A stretch of 64,000 bases of DNA from Bacteroidales bacterium (lineage in GTDB: Bacteria; Bacteroidota; Bacteroidia; Bacteroidales; VadinHA17). The notes beneath the pieces were generated by a model. It did not search any database. It had not been told where the DNA came from and saw only the letters and a program-made list of their open reading frames with translations. Position numbers and translations under genes: made by a program. How positions within the stretch are numbered: position 1 is the first letter of the stretch; each line of letters begins with the position of its first letter. The stretch spans positions 4,930 to 68,929 of the forward strand of contig JBBQJD010000002.1 of NCBI GenBank assembly GCA_038325595.1. The letters run 5' to 3'. Shown here one piece after another: positions 56,059 to 64,000 of the stretch.

Positions 56059-57075
56059 TTATTCGGTTTCTGTCAGATTTTTCCTGAGGCTCTCAGACAT
56101 CCATGTTTTGAAATTACCTTTGTCATCTGAAAAAATGAAGTAGGCACTCAGATTTGGATTCCTCATAATAAATTCGATTGCACTATCTTTTCCCATAACC
56201 ATACATGCAGTAGCAATACCGTCAGCGACAGCACATGATCCGGTTAGAATTGTAGCACTAAGCAGTGTATTTTTTGCCGGATAACCGGTCCGTGGATCTA
56301 TTGTATGGCTGTATTTAATTCCTTCTTCAACATAAAACTTCCTGTAGTTACCCGATGTTGCCACAGACTGATCACTGATTTTAATTATAGCCTGCAGATC
56401 CTGCCCTGGTGACATATTGAGATCTTCCGGACGGTCTATACCTATTCTCCATAGTGCACCGGCTTTTGTTCCCTTTGCCCGGACTTCCCCCCCAATCTCT
56501 ACCAGATAATTCGGCACTCCTTTCCTGTCGAAATAGCTGCAAATGACATCTACCGAATAACCCTGTGCTATTGCATTGAAATCCAATATCATACCAGGAA
56601 CCTTCTTTTTCAGGCGGCTATCTGCCAGGGTTACCTTTTCCATTCCCACAAGCTTCATAAGGCTGTCTCGCTTTTCTTCCTTAAAATTTCTATGGTCATC
56701 GGGACCAAATCCCCATGCACGGACAAGCGGACCTACTGTGACATCAAAAGCTCCGTCTGTCGCCTTGGAAATTGAATCTGACAATCTGAAAACTTCTGTA
56801 AAAAATGAATCAGCAATTACATCTTCATCGCGGTTCATCCTTGAAACAATTGATGAATCGACATACAGGGATAATGACATGTCGAAATCATGAAGTATCT
56901 TCTCAACCTCCCTGCTAACTTCCAAATGATCAAGTTTCTTATTATTCTCGTATACTATACTGTATGTTGTTCCCTGTATAAATCCTGATAATGTATCAAA
57001 AACAGGCTTTTTGTTTATACAGGAGGGTAATAGAATACCGATTAAAAGCAGTGACGCGAATATCTTTCTTATCAT
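56059..57075 (-). CDS. apbE: FAD:protein FMN transferase ApbE, lipoprotein
   Basis: 338 aa with lipobox ILLPSC. GAFDVTVGPLV, FNAIAQGY and VATSGNY..F.......HTIDPRTGYP motifs. Confidence 0.85.
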   Translation of the reverse strand: MIRKIFASLLLIGILLPSCINKKPVFDTLSGFIQGTTYSIVYENNKKLDHLEVSREVEKILHDFDMSLSLYVDSSIVSRMNRDEDVIADSFFTEVFRLSDSISKATDGAFDVTVGPLVRAWGFGPDDHRNFKEEKRDSLMKLVGMEKVTLADSRLKKKVPGMILDFNAIAQGYSVDVICSYFDRKGVPNYLVEIGGEVRAKGTKAGALWRIGIDRPEDLNMSPGQDLQAIIKISDQSVATSGNYRKFYVEEGIKYSHTIDPRTGYPAKNTLLSATILTGSCAVADGIATACMVMGKDSAIEFIMRNPNLSAYFIFSDDKGNFKTWMSESLRKNLTETE

Positions 57076-57104
57076 AATTTTGTTTTGTCAATGGACAGAC
57101 AGCT

Positions 57105-58409
57105 TTATATTCCGAAATCATCAAAAGCAATGTTCTCTTTTGGTATTCCGAGGCTGTCGAGCATTTGTATAACTGCATTGTTCATCTGAGGAGGCCCGCA
57201 GAAATAATATTCAATATCTTCAGGTTCCTCGCTTTTAAACAGGTAATTATCAAGAAGAACTTTGTGGATGAAACCGGTATAGCCGGTCCAGTTGTCTTCT
57301 TTCAACGGTTCTGAAAGTGCAAGGTTAAAGGTGAAATTCGGGAATTTCTTCTCAATAGCCCTGAATTCATCTTCATAAAATACCTCTCTGTGTGATCTTG
57401 CACCGTACCAGAAAGATACTTTACGATTTGTTTTCAATGTATTGAAAAGATGAAAGATATGTGACCTTAAAGGAGCCATACCTGCGCCTCCGCCAATATA
57501 AATCATCTCTGCATTGGTATCCTTAATATGGAAGTCACCATATGGTCCTGAAATGGATACTTTATCACCCTGCTTGCGTGAGAAGAGGAAAGTGGAACAT
57601 AGCCCGGATGGAACATTCATGAACTGTTTTTTCACATTGTCCCATGGCGGTGTTGCAATCCTTATATTAAGTTTTATCAGACTTTTTTCAGCCGGATAAT
57701 TAGCCATTGAATAGGCTCTGTATGTCTCTTCATTATTCTTGACTTTCAGATCAAACATGTTAAAGCAGTCCCAATCGTACTTAAACTTGTCTTCTATTAT
57801 AAAATCTCTGAAACTAATATCATACTTGGGAACATCAATCTGTATATATCCTCCGGGTTCGAAATCGAGTTCCTCTCCTTCGGGCAGTCTTACAACAAAT
57901 TCCTTTATAAATGTGGCAACGTTATTGTTTGAGATAACTTCACATTCCCATTTCCTGATTCCCATAACTGCCTCAGGTACTTTGACTACCATATCTTCCC
58001 TTATCTTCACCTGGCAGCCCAGCCGCCAGTCATTCTGTTGTTCCTTACGGGTAAAAAAACCTTTTTCGGTAGGAAGAATAGATCCGCCTCCTTCGAGTAT
58101 CTGACATTTACACATACCACATGTGCCACCTCCGCCGCAGGCTGATGGCAGAAATATTCCATTTCCTGACAATGTTGAAAGGAGGTTAGAACCAGGTGAA
58201 ACTTCAATATTCCTGTCATTTATGTCCAGCTTTACCTTTCCCTTCGGAATTAATTTGTCACGGGCGAAGAGCAGTGCGGAAACTAAAAGCAGAATAAGAA
58301 GAAGAAAAACTATGATGCTGAATAAAACTGTACCACCGGTCGAAATAGCTAAAATCATGATTCTTTTATTTCGGTTATAAACTGATTCCCAAAAATCCCA
58401 TAAAAGCAA
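57105..58409 (-). CDS. nqrF: Na+-translocating NADH:quinone oxidoreductase subunit F; likely start at 58358 (MILAISTGG...)
   Basis: 2Fe-2S ferredoxin motif [18 protein letters not shown]-binding RAYSMANYP and GGGAGMAP. The start at 58409 would overlap nqrE by 35 nt. Confidence 0.9.
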   Translation of the reverse strand: MLLWDFWESVYNRNKRIMILAISTGGTVLFSIIVFLLLILLLVSALLFARDKLIPKGKVKLDINDRNIEVSPGSNLLSTLSGNGIFLPSACGGGGTCGMCKCQILEGGGSILPTEKGFFTRKEQQNDWRLGCQVKIREDMVVKVPEAVMGIRKWECEVISNNNVATFIKEFVVRLPEGEELDFEPGGYIQIDVPKYDISFRDFIIEDKFKYDWDCFNMFDLKVKNNEETYRAYSMANYPAEKSLIKLNIRIATPPWDNVKKQFMNVPSGLCSTFLFSRKQGDKVSISGPYGDFHIKDTNAEMIYIGGGAGMAPLRSHIFHLFNTLKTNRKVSFWYGARSHREVFYEDEFRAIEKKFPNFTFNLALSEPLKEDNWTGYTGFIHKVLLDNYLFKSEEPEDIEYYFCGPPQMNNAVIQMLDSLGIPKENIAFDDFGI

Positions 58410-58992
58410 TAGCCATAAGGCCAGTCAGAATAAATGTAATTCCCAGGCCTTTTAACGGATCCGGCACATTACTATACTTTAATTTCTCCCTTATGGCTGC
58501 AATACCGACAATAGCGAGGAACCATCCAACTCCTGAACCAAGCCCGAAGACAGTAGCTTCAGCTAAATTGGCATATTCCCTTTCCTGCATAAAAAGTGAT
58601 CCTCCGAGTATTGCGCAGTTAACAGCTATCAGAGGAAGAAATATGCCTAAGGAATTATACAGAGGTGGACTGAATTTTTCGACAAACATTTCGACAAGCT
58701 GAACCATAGCGGCAATTACTGCAATAAAAACAATGAACGTAAGAAAACTAAGGTCTACAGTTGCAAAACTTTCGTCAAGCCATACCAAAGCTCCCTTCTT
58801 AAGAATATATTTTTCAATGAGAAAATCAATAGGGACTGTAATTGCGAGGACAAAAATTACCGCAATTCCAAGACCAGTTGATGTTTTAACTGTCTTTGAG
58901 ACAGCCAGGTATGAACACATGCCAAGAAAATAGGCAAATATCATATTATCGATAAAAATCGACCTTACGAATATATTCAACAGGTTTTCCAT
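58375..58992 (-). CDS. nqrE: Na+-NQR subunit E
   Basis: 205-aa polytopic protein of the RnfA/NqrE type ([21 protein letters not shown]). Operon position. Confidence 0.9.
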   Translation of the reverse strand: MENLLNIFVRSIFIDNMIFAYFLGMCSYLAVSKTVKTSTGLGIAVIFVLAITVPIDFLIEKYILKKGALVWLDESFATVDLSFLTFIVFIAVIAAMVQLVEMFVEKFSPPLYNSLGIFLPLIAVNCAILGGSLFMQEREYANLAEATVFGLGSGVGWFLAIVGIAAIREKLKYSNVPDPLKGLGITFILTGLMAIAFMGFLGISL

Positions 58993-58998
58993 ATACTT

Positions 58999-59652
58999 CT
59001 ATTGTTTTTCTACCAAACTCTTATTTCTGCTTCTCTGAAACCATATGATCAATCCTACAACAATCAGAGCCATAGGAGGAAGGATCATCATTCCATTATT
59101 CTCATATCCGGCTGAATACAAACCTGCTTTTTGAAGTACAGGGTAGCCGTAAATTGTACCTGATCCGAAAAACTCTCTCAGAAATGCAACAACAATAAGT
59201 ATAAGGCCGTATCCTGCTCCATTCCCTATTCCATCCAGAAAGGAAGGAATTGGTCTGTTACCCATGGCAAAAGCCTCAAGGCGTCCCATTATAATACAAT
59301 TGGTAATTATAAGGCCTACAAAAACCGAAAGTTGTTTGCTTACATCAAATGCATAAGCTTTAAGGATCTGATCAACAAGAATTACCAGCGTGGCAATAAC
59401 AACAAGCTGAACTACTATCCTTATTCTGTCGGGAATCAATGTACGGATTGTTGAAATAATAAGATTTGAAAAACCGGTGACCATAGTTACAGATAAAGCC
59501 ATTACAATTGCAGGCTCAAGCTTAACAGTCACAGCCAGCGCCGAACAAATACCTAAAACCTGTACAGTAATCGGATTGTTCATACCTACCGGACTGGTAA
59601 GGAGTTTCATATTTTTTGCCGAAAACAAAGGCTCCTTCTCATTATTGCTCAT
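58999..59652 (-). CDS. nqrD: Na+-NQR subunit D
   Basis: 217 aa. [17 protein letters not shown] and [10 protein letters not shown] motifs of NqrD/RnfE. Confidence 0.9.
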   Translation of the reverse strand: MSNNEKEPLFSAKNMKLLTSPVGMNNPITVQVLGICSALAVTVKLEPAIVMALSVTMVTGFSNLIISTIRTLIPDRIRIVVQLVVIATLVILVDQILKAYAFDVSKQLSVFVGLIITNCIIMGRLEAFAMGNRPIPSFLDGIGNGAGYGLILIVVAFLREFFGSGTIYGYPVLQKAGLYSAGYENNGMMILPPMALIVVGLIIWFQRSRNKSLVEKQ

Positions 59653-59654
59653 CT

Positions 59655-60356
59655 TTATTCCTTATTTTTTTGTAGATAATCATTATATTTTCCTATTCCA
59701 TTTAACAACATGGCTTCCAGACCCTTGCTGGTTATTGTTCCTCCGGAAATTGCATCCACATTATGAGGGTCATCAGGTCTGGCACCTCCTTTTATAACGC
59801 CTATTGAAACAAATTTTCCCGATTCATATAATTCTTTCCCTTTGAACATACTTTCAAATGGAGTGGTATTGATCTCTGCACCTAGTCCGGGGGTTTCGCC
59901 TTTATGATCATAGGTAACCCCATGGATCGTGTTCATATCGGATTCAATGGAAACATAGCCATAAATAGGTCCCCATAAACCCTTCCCTTCGACCGGAATT
60001 ATTGTAAGCTTCTCTCCTGCATCTGATTCAGCATTGAAAACGGGAAGAAGCTGCCCGGAAACCGGCTTCCTTTGCTCAGCCCTCAGTTCAACGGTGAATG
60101 CATCAACGCTGTCAACAGGTTCACCCTTGGAATTAATTACGAATCCCTTCTCTATGTATTTATCATACAATTCTTCTGCATTCTGAACCGTGGATATGAT
60201 TCCTATCGATTCAAGCATGCTTTGCTTTTTCTCTATTTCCAGATTTCTTGACTGTCTTGGCTGAAGTATAGTCGCAGCCAATGAAAGCAGTATGGCTACA
60301 ACTATAACCATACCAGCCGAAAACATGAATATATATTTATTGGTAAACTCTTTCAT
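59655..60356 (-). CDS. nqrC: Na+-NQR subunit C (FMN-binding)
   Basis: 233 aa with an N-terminal TM segment. The flavinylation motif SGGTITS corresponds to the S/T-G-A/G-T site. Confidence 0.9.
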   Translation of the reverse strand: MKEFTNKYIFMFSAGMVIVVAILLSLAATILQPRQSRNLEIEKKQSMLESIGIISTVQNAEELYDKYIEKGFVINSKGEPVDSVDAFTVELRAEQRKPVSGQLLPVFNAESDAGEKLTIIPVEGKGLWGPIYGYVSIESDMNTIHGVTYDHKGETPGLGAEINTTPFESMFKGKELYESGKFVSIGVIKGGARPDDPHNVDAISGGTITSKGLEAMLLNGIGKYNDYLQKNKE

Positions 60357-61528
60357 TTTACAATAGTATTTGGAGATATCATGGCACGTTTAAGCCTTTT
60401 GGTGATACTTGCCTGAATAACATAATAATCAATCAGTGGAGCGAAAAGGTTCATAAGCAAAATTGCAAGCATAACACCTTCCGGATAGGCAGGATTCAAA
60501 ACCCTGATCAGAATAGACATTACTCCGATCAAAAACCCGTAAATCCATTTCCCTCTTTCGGTTTGCGATGCTGAAACAGGATCGGTAGCCATATAGACAG
60601 CTCCGAATGCAAATCCTCCCATTACAAAGTGATAATAAAACGGAAGTTCCATATATGCATTCGCACTGAACAGATTCATAAGCAATCCCATAAAAAGACC
60701 TCCTGCGAAAACGCTGACAATAATCTTCCAGCTGCCAACACCTGTGACAATGAGGATCAGGGCTCCTATCAGAATAGCCAGAGTTGATGTTTCTCCTATC
60801 GATCCCGGAATTGTTCCGATAAACATTTCCATGAATGATGGCAAATTTGATGTTTCTCCCGCAGCACTCAGTGCCATGGGTGTTGCTCCTGAAAAACCAT
60901 CAATAATATTCTGTCCCTTTGTGAGTCCTTCAGTCCATACCTTATCACCTGACATCCATGCAGGATAACTGAAGAACAGAAATGCCCTGGCTATTAAGGC
61001 CGGATTAAAGATGTTCATACCGGTTCCTCCAAAAACCTCTTTCCCCAGGATCACAGCAAATGCTGTCGCAAGTGCAAGCATCCAGAGGGGTACATCAATA
61101 GGCATGATAAGCGGAATAAGTATCCCTGTAACCAGAAAGCCTTCATTTATTTCATGACCCCTTATCTGTGCAGCGATAAATTCTATACCAAGACCTACTC
61201 CGTAACTGACGATGAGCAGGGGAAGTATCTTTAAAAATCCAAACCAGAACATCTGCATTATTCCCGCCTCTGCCCCTATAGACCTGAAATGCTGAAGACC
61301 TGTATTATAAGCCCCGAACAAGAGGGCAGGGAGAATAGCGATAATAACGACCGTCATTGTCCTTTTAAGGTCTATGCTGTCCCTGACATGCGATCCTTTA
61401 AAGGTCACTTTGTCGGAGACGAAAATAAAAGATTCAAATCCTTCAAAAACTGAACGAAGCTTTGCAAACCTTCCCCCCTCTTCGAAGTGAGGCTTGATTT
61501 TATCTATCTTTTTTCTTAAGGAATCCAT
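60353..61528 (-). CDS. nqrB: Na+-NQR subunit B
   Basis: 391-aa polytopic protein with the FMN attachment motif GFSGATPM. Overlaps nqrC by 4 nt. Confidence 0.9.
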   Translation of the reverse strand: MDSLRKKIDKIKPHFEEGGRFAKLRSVFEGFESFIFVSDKVTFKGSHVRDSIDLKRTMTVVIIAILPALLFGAYNTGLQHFRSIGAEAGIMQMFWFGFLKILPLLIVSYGVGLGIEFIAAQIRGHEINEGFLVTGILIPLIMPIDVPLWMLALATAFAVILGKEVFGGTGMNIFNPALIARAFLFFSYPAWMSGDKVWTEGLTKGQNIIDGFSGATPMALSAAGETSNLPSFMEMFIGTIPGSIGETSTLAILIGALILIVTGVGSWKIIVSVFAGGLFMGLLMNLFSANAYMELPFYYHFVMGGFAFGAVYMATDPVSASQTERGKWIYGFLIGVMSILIRVLNPAYPEGVMLAILLMNLFAPLIDYYVIQASITKRLKRAMISPNTIVK

Positions 61529-61558
61529 TATATACTAATATCTCATAAAAATTTATTA

Positions 61559-62911
61559 CTAACTCATTTCCTTGACCATCGTGTCAAGGCCCTGACGTAC
61601 AATTGATTGAATCTCTATTTTCGAAGGGCAGATGAATTCACAGAGAGCAAAATCCTCTTCAGCAACTTCATAAATGCCAAGATTTTCCATTCCATCAATA
61701 TCATTGACAAGAATGGCCTTCAGAAGTTGCATGGGGTAAATATCCATGGGTAATACTTTCTCGTAAATCCCGGTTATTACAAATGCTCTTTCGCCCCCGT
61801 GAAGATTGGTGTCCATCCTGTAACTTTTCTGTGGCACAAGGCTTGACAGGAAAGTTTTTGAAAAACTGAATTTATCGGAACCGGGCTTAGCCCATCCGAA
61901 GAATTCATAATAATCGCCTTCCGGTATCACAGTAACCTGTGAATCATAATATCCAACAAAACCTTCCAGCTCAATTTTAGAACCGGTAAGAACATTACCG
62001 CTGATATAACGAAGATTTCCTTCCTTAACATTATTCTTCACTACCGGAGCGATTGATGCTCCTGAAAGAATCTTATAATATTGGCGGTTTATAACTTCTG
62101 ATCCTGTCAGAGCAATGATCTTTTCAGGCTTGTATTCACCTTCCTCAAATAATCTTCCGATAGTCATAACATCCTGAAGATTAACGAACCAGACTATTTC
62201 TCCTTTATTTATCGGATCAAGATGATGAATATGAACACCTACATTCCCTGCCGGATGAGGCCCCGAAAAACGATGGACCTCAACATCCGACGTATTTTTT
62301 AATGTTTCAGAAGATTCTCCTTTACCGTTAAGAACCAGATTTATCTTTCCATCGGTAAGTTTTTTCAATGCAACAATTCCCTTTCTGAAAAAAGAAGAAG
62401 ATGAATTATCCATTATGAAATTGTAATCCGGGGCAAGTGGTGATGTATCAAACCCTGAAATGAAAATGGCTTTTGGCACATCGGCATGATTGGCTATTAT
62501 ATGGTAAGGTCTTTGTCTTATCGCGGGCCAGAGTCCTGAATTGAGCAGTGCTTCTTTTACTTTTTCCCTGCTTAGTTTTGCAGGATCCGACTTTTCAAAC
62601 TGTATATATTCATCACCATCTTTTTCAATAACAATCTCAAGCAGCTTCCTCCGGTCACCCCTTACAACAGACAAAACTTTTCCGCTTACCGGAGAGGTAA
62701 ACAGAACTTCAGGTCTGATTTTATCATGAAACACCGGGGTACCTGCCATAACCTTATCACCGGGTCTCACATCCAGTTTGGGAGTGAGTCCGGGAAAGTC
62801 AACAGGTTTTATACCGTACAGGTTTGACATTATATCAGTAACAAGCTTCTTTTCCGCACGACCGCTTATTTTGATATCAAGTCCCCTTTTTAATTTAACT
62901 GATAATGACAT
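61559..62911 (-). CDS. nqrA: Na+-NQR subunit A
   Basis: 450-aa soluble protein. N-terminal KLKRGLDIKISG..A and first position in the operon. Confidence 0.9.
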   Translation of the reverse strand: MSLSVKLKRGLDIKISGRAEKKLVTDIMSNLYGIKPVDFPGLTPKLDVRPGDKVMAGTPVFHDKIRPEVLFTSPVSGKVLSVVRGDRRKLLEIVIEKDGDEYIQFEKSDPAKLSREKVKEALLNSGLWPAIRQRPYHIIANHADVPKAIFISGFDTSPLAPDYNFIMDNSSSSFFRKGIVALKKLTDGKINLVLNGKGESSETLKNTSDVEVHRFSGPHPAGNVGVHIHHLDPINKGEIVWFVNLQDVMTIGRLFEEGEYKPEKIIALTGSEVINRQYYKILSGASIAPVVKNNVKEGNLRYISGNVLTGSKIELEGFVGYYDSQVTVIPEGDYYEFFGWAKPGSDKFSFSKTFLSSLVPQKSYRMDTNLHGGERAFVITGIYEKVLPMDIYPMQLLKAILVNDIDGMENLGIYEVAEEDFALCEFICPSKIEIQSIVRQGLDTMVKEMS

Positions 62912-62948
62912 GTTAAAATTGATTATGAAACTTATTTAATTTCAATGT

Positions 62949-62968
62949 CTTGTTAAAAATTTAACAAG
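62949..62968. promoter_or_regulatory. Perfect 9-2-9 palindrome CTTGTTAAA-AA-TTTAACAAG in the nqrA leader/promoter
   Basis: The arms are exact reverse complements. It lies between the minus-strand -7 box and the nqrA start. Confidence 0.35.
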
Positions 62969-62972
62969 ACTA

Positions 62973-62992
62973 CAAAAGTATAAATACCTTTG
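62973..62992. promoter_or_regulatory. Back-to-back Bacteroidota -7 boxes: TACTTTTG on the minus strand (62973-62980, nqr operon) and TACCTTTG on the plus strand (62985-62992, DUF5103-like gene)
   Basis: Both match TAnnTTTG exactly. They are placed 62 and 80 bp upstream of their respective start codons. Confidence 0.4.
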
Positions 62993-63071
62993 CATATTTA
63001 AATAAAAGTGCGATATATGATACAATAATTATTTATTTTTAAGGTTTTCAGTTAGAAAAACTAATCTGGTG

Positions 63072-64000
63072 ATGAGAATATTCCTGCTTTTTTTCCTTTT
63101 TATTAATATTATTACTGCAGCAGGACAGTCAAAAAAATTTGAACCTCAGCCATATTCAAATCAGATCAATAATGATAAGATAAAAACTGTTCAGATTTAT
63201 AAGGAAGGATGGAATCTCTCCTATCCTGTAATCAGCCTGAAAAGTGATGAAAAACTTGAACTGCATTTTGACCTTCTAGACGATCAGGCTGAAACATACT
63301 ACTATACATTCGTACACTGCACCAGGGACTGGGAAAAATCTGATATATTTACCAATGATTACCTTGAAGGTTATCCTGATAATCCCATTGAGGAATATGA
63401 GGCATCTTTTAATACAACCACGCCTTATTACCACTATAAGCTCAGCTTTCCGAATGAAAGAGTATCCATAAGAATATCAGGTAATTATGCGCTGGTTGTA
63501 TACCCGTCTGACAAGCCTGAAGAGCATGTATTAATCCAGAGGTTTATTGTTACCGAGGATGCTGCCAAAATTAACGTTGATGCTCACCGTCCACAGATGA
63601 CGAAAGATAACAATACACATCAGCAAATAGATTTTACAGTGAATCATGCAGGACTGGATCTTAATGATCCTTACAGAAATACCTTTGCTTTCATCCTTCA
63701 GAATGGAAGGTGGGATAATGCCAAAAGAAATTTAAAGCCTGATTTTTATGGAGATAATGAGCTTAAGTATAGTTCTTTATCTGACAAGAATATTTTTTCG
63801 GGAGGAAATGAATACCGGTATTTCGATATAAAAAGCTTAAGGTATCAAACTGAATACGTGCAAAAGATAGATTATGTAATACGCAACTATAATGTTTATT
63901 TATATCCTTCCGATAACAGGGAGTTCAAGCCTTATTTTTACTCACAGGATTTTAACGGGAAATATTACATAGCTGTTCAGGAAGGGAAAAAATATGATAC
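63072..64000 (+). CDS. DUF5103-like protein (type IX secretion plug-protein family), 5' part only, continuing beyond the window
   Basis: Hand-translated open frame absent from the ORF track (no stop before the edge): MRIFLLFFLFINIITAAGQSKKFEPQPYSNQINNDKIKTVQIYKEGWNLSYPVISLKSDEKLELHFDLLDDQAETYYYTFVHCTRDWEKSD.... The pattern was recognised from memory of DUF5103 proteins. Confidence 0.6.
   Translation, partial: MRIFLLFFLFINIITAAGQSKKFEPQPYSNQINNDKIKTVQIYKEGWNLSYPVISLKSDEKLELHFDLLDDQAETYYYTFVHCTRDWEKSDIFTNDYLEGYPDNPIEEYEASFNTTTPYYHYKLSFPNERVSIRISGNYALVVYPSDKPEEHVLIQRFIVTEDAAKINVDAHRPQMTKDNNTHQQIDFTVNHAGLDLNDPYRNTFAFILQNGRWDNAKRNLKPDFYGDNELKYSSLSDKNIFSGGNEYRYFDIKSLRYQTEYVQKIDYVIRNYNVYLYPSDNREFKPYFYSQDFNGKYYIAVQEGKKYD

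Noticed and set aside
1697-62729. The many 60-180-aa ORFs nested inside or antisense to the large genes (for example 2199..2534, 14358..14888, 21928..22383, 37010..37474, 45398..45850, 49628..50038, 57739..58104)
   Set aside because: All lie within longer ORFs that carry clear family motifs. They have no motifs of their own and show skewed, low-information composition, so they were treated as frame shadows.

Overview
AT-rich chromosomal segment that looks like a Bacteroidota genome: many lipoprotein signal peptides ending in Cys, TonB-dependent receptors, Na+-NQR, a T9SS-family gene, TAnnTTTG-type -7 boxes and tightly overlapping operon genes. Content from left to right: (1) a mannoside/glycan-degrading cluster with a URO-D-family protein, GH92, GH38, a tandem-DUF1080 protein, a lipocalin-like lipoprotein plus TonB receptor, a Ser-type sulfatase and a 1044-aa glycoside-hydrolase-like protein; (2) a FadL-like outer-membrane channel; (3) a lipoprotein plus TonB receptor pair followed by porin-pstSCAB-phoU-phoB/phoR-like genes, with both units preceded by 11-bp-phased TGTWACA repeats (Pho-box-like); (4) a 746-bp ORF-free, hairpin-rich gap; (5) a patatin/Omp85-like protein, a DUF2934 protein and two histidine kinases, one 5'-truncated by a repeat tract; (6) selD-yedF; (7) a four-helix-bundle (23S rRNA IVS protein family) gene embedded in 7-bp repeat modules; (8) GH13 alpha-glucosidase, treZ, an NTase-fold protein and a metallophosphoesterase; (9) housekeeping genes (NUDIX fusion, HsdR_N-domain protein, amn, holA, yqgE-like, an HprK-like P-loop protein, a fused 2-oxoacid dehydrogenase E1 alpha/beta); (10) nqrABCDEF-apbE plus a small Cys-rich membrane protein; (11) the 5' part of a DUF5103/T9SS-plug-like gene running off the right edge. 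I saw no rRNA, tRNA, CRISPR array, transposase, integrase or phage genes, and no recognisable defence system. The most unusual signal is non-coding. At least eight intergenic regions carry imperfect tandem arrays of 7-11 bp units, and the unit differs from locus to locus. The arrays are often paired with their reverse complement, and one repeat locus contains the four-helix-bundle gene. All functional calls rest on motif recognition by eye, since no searches could be run.
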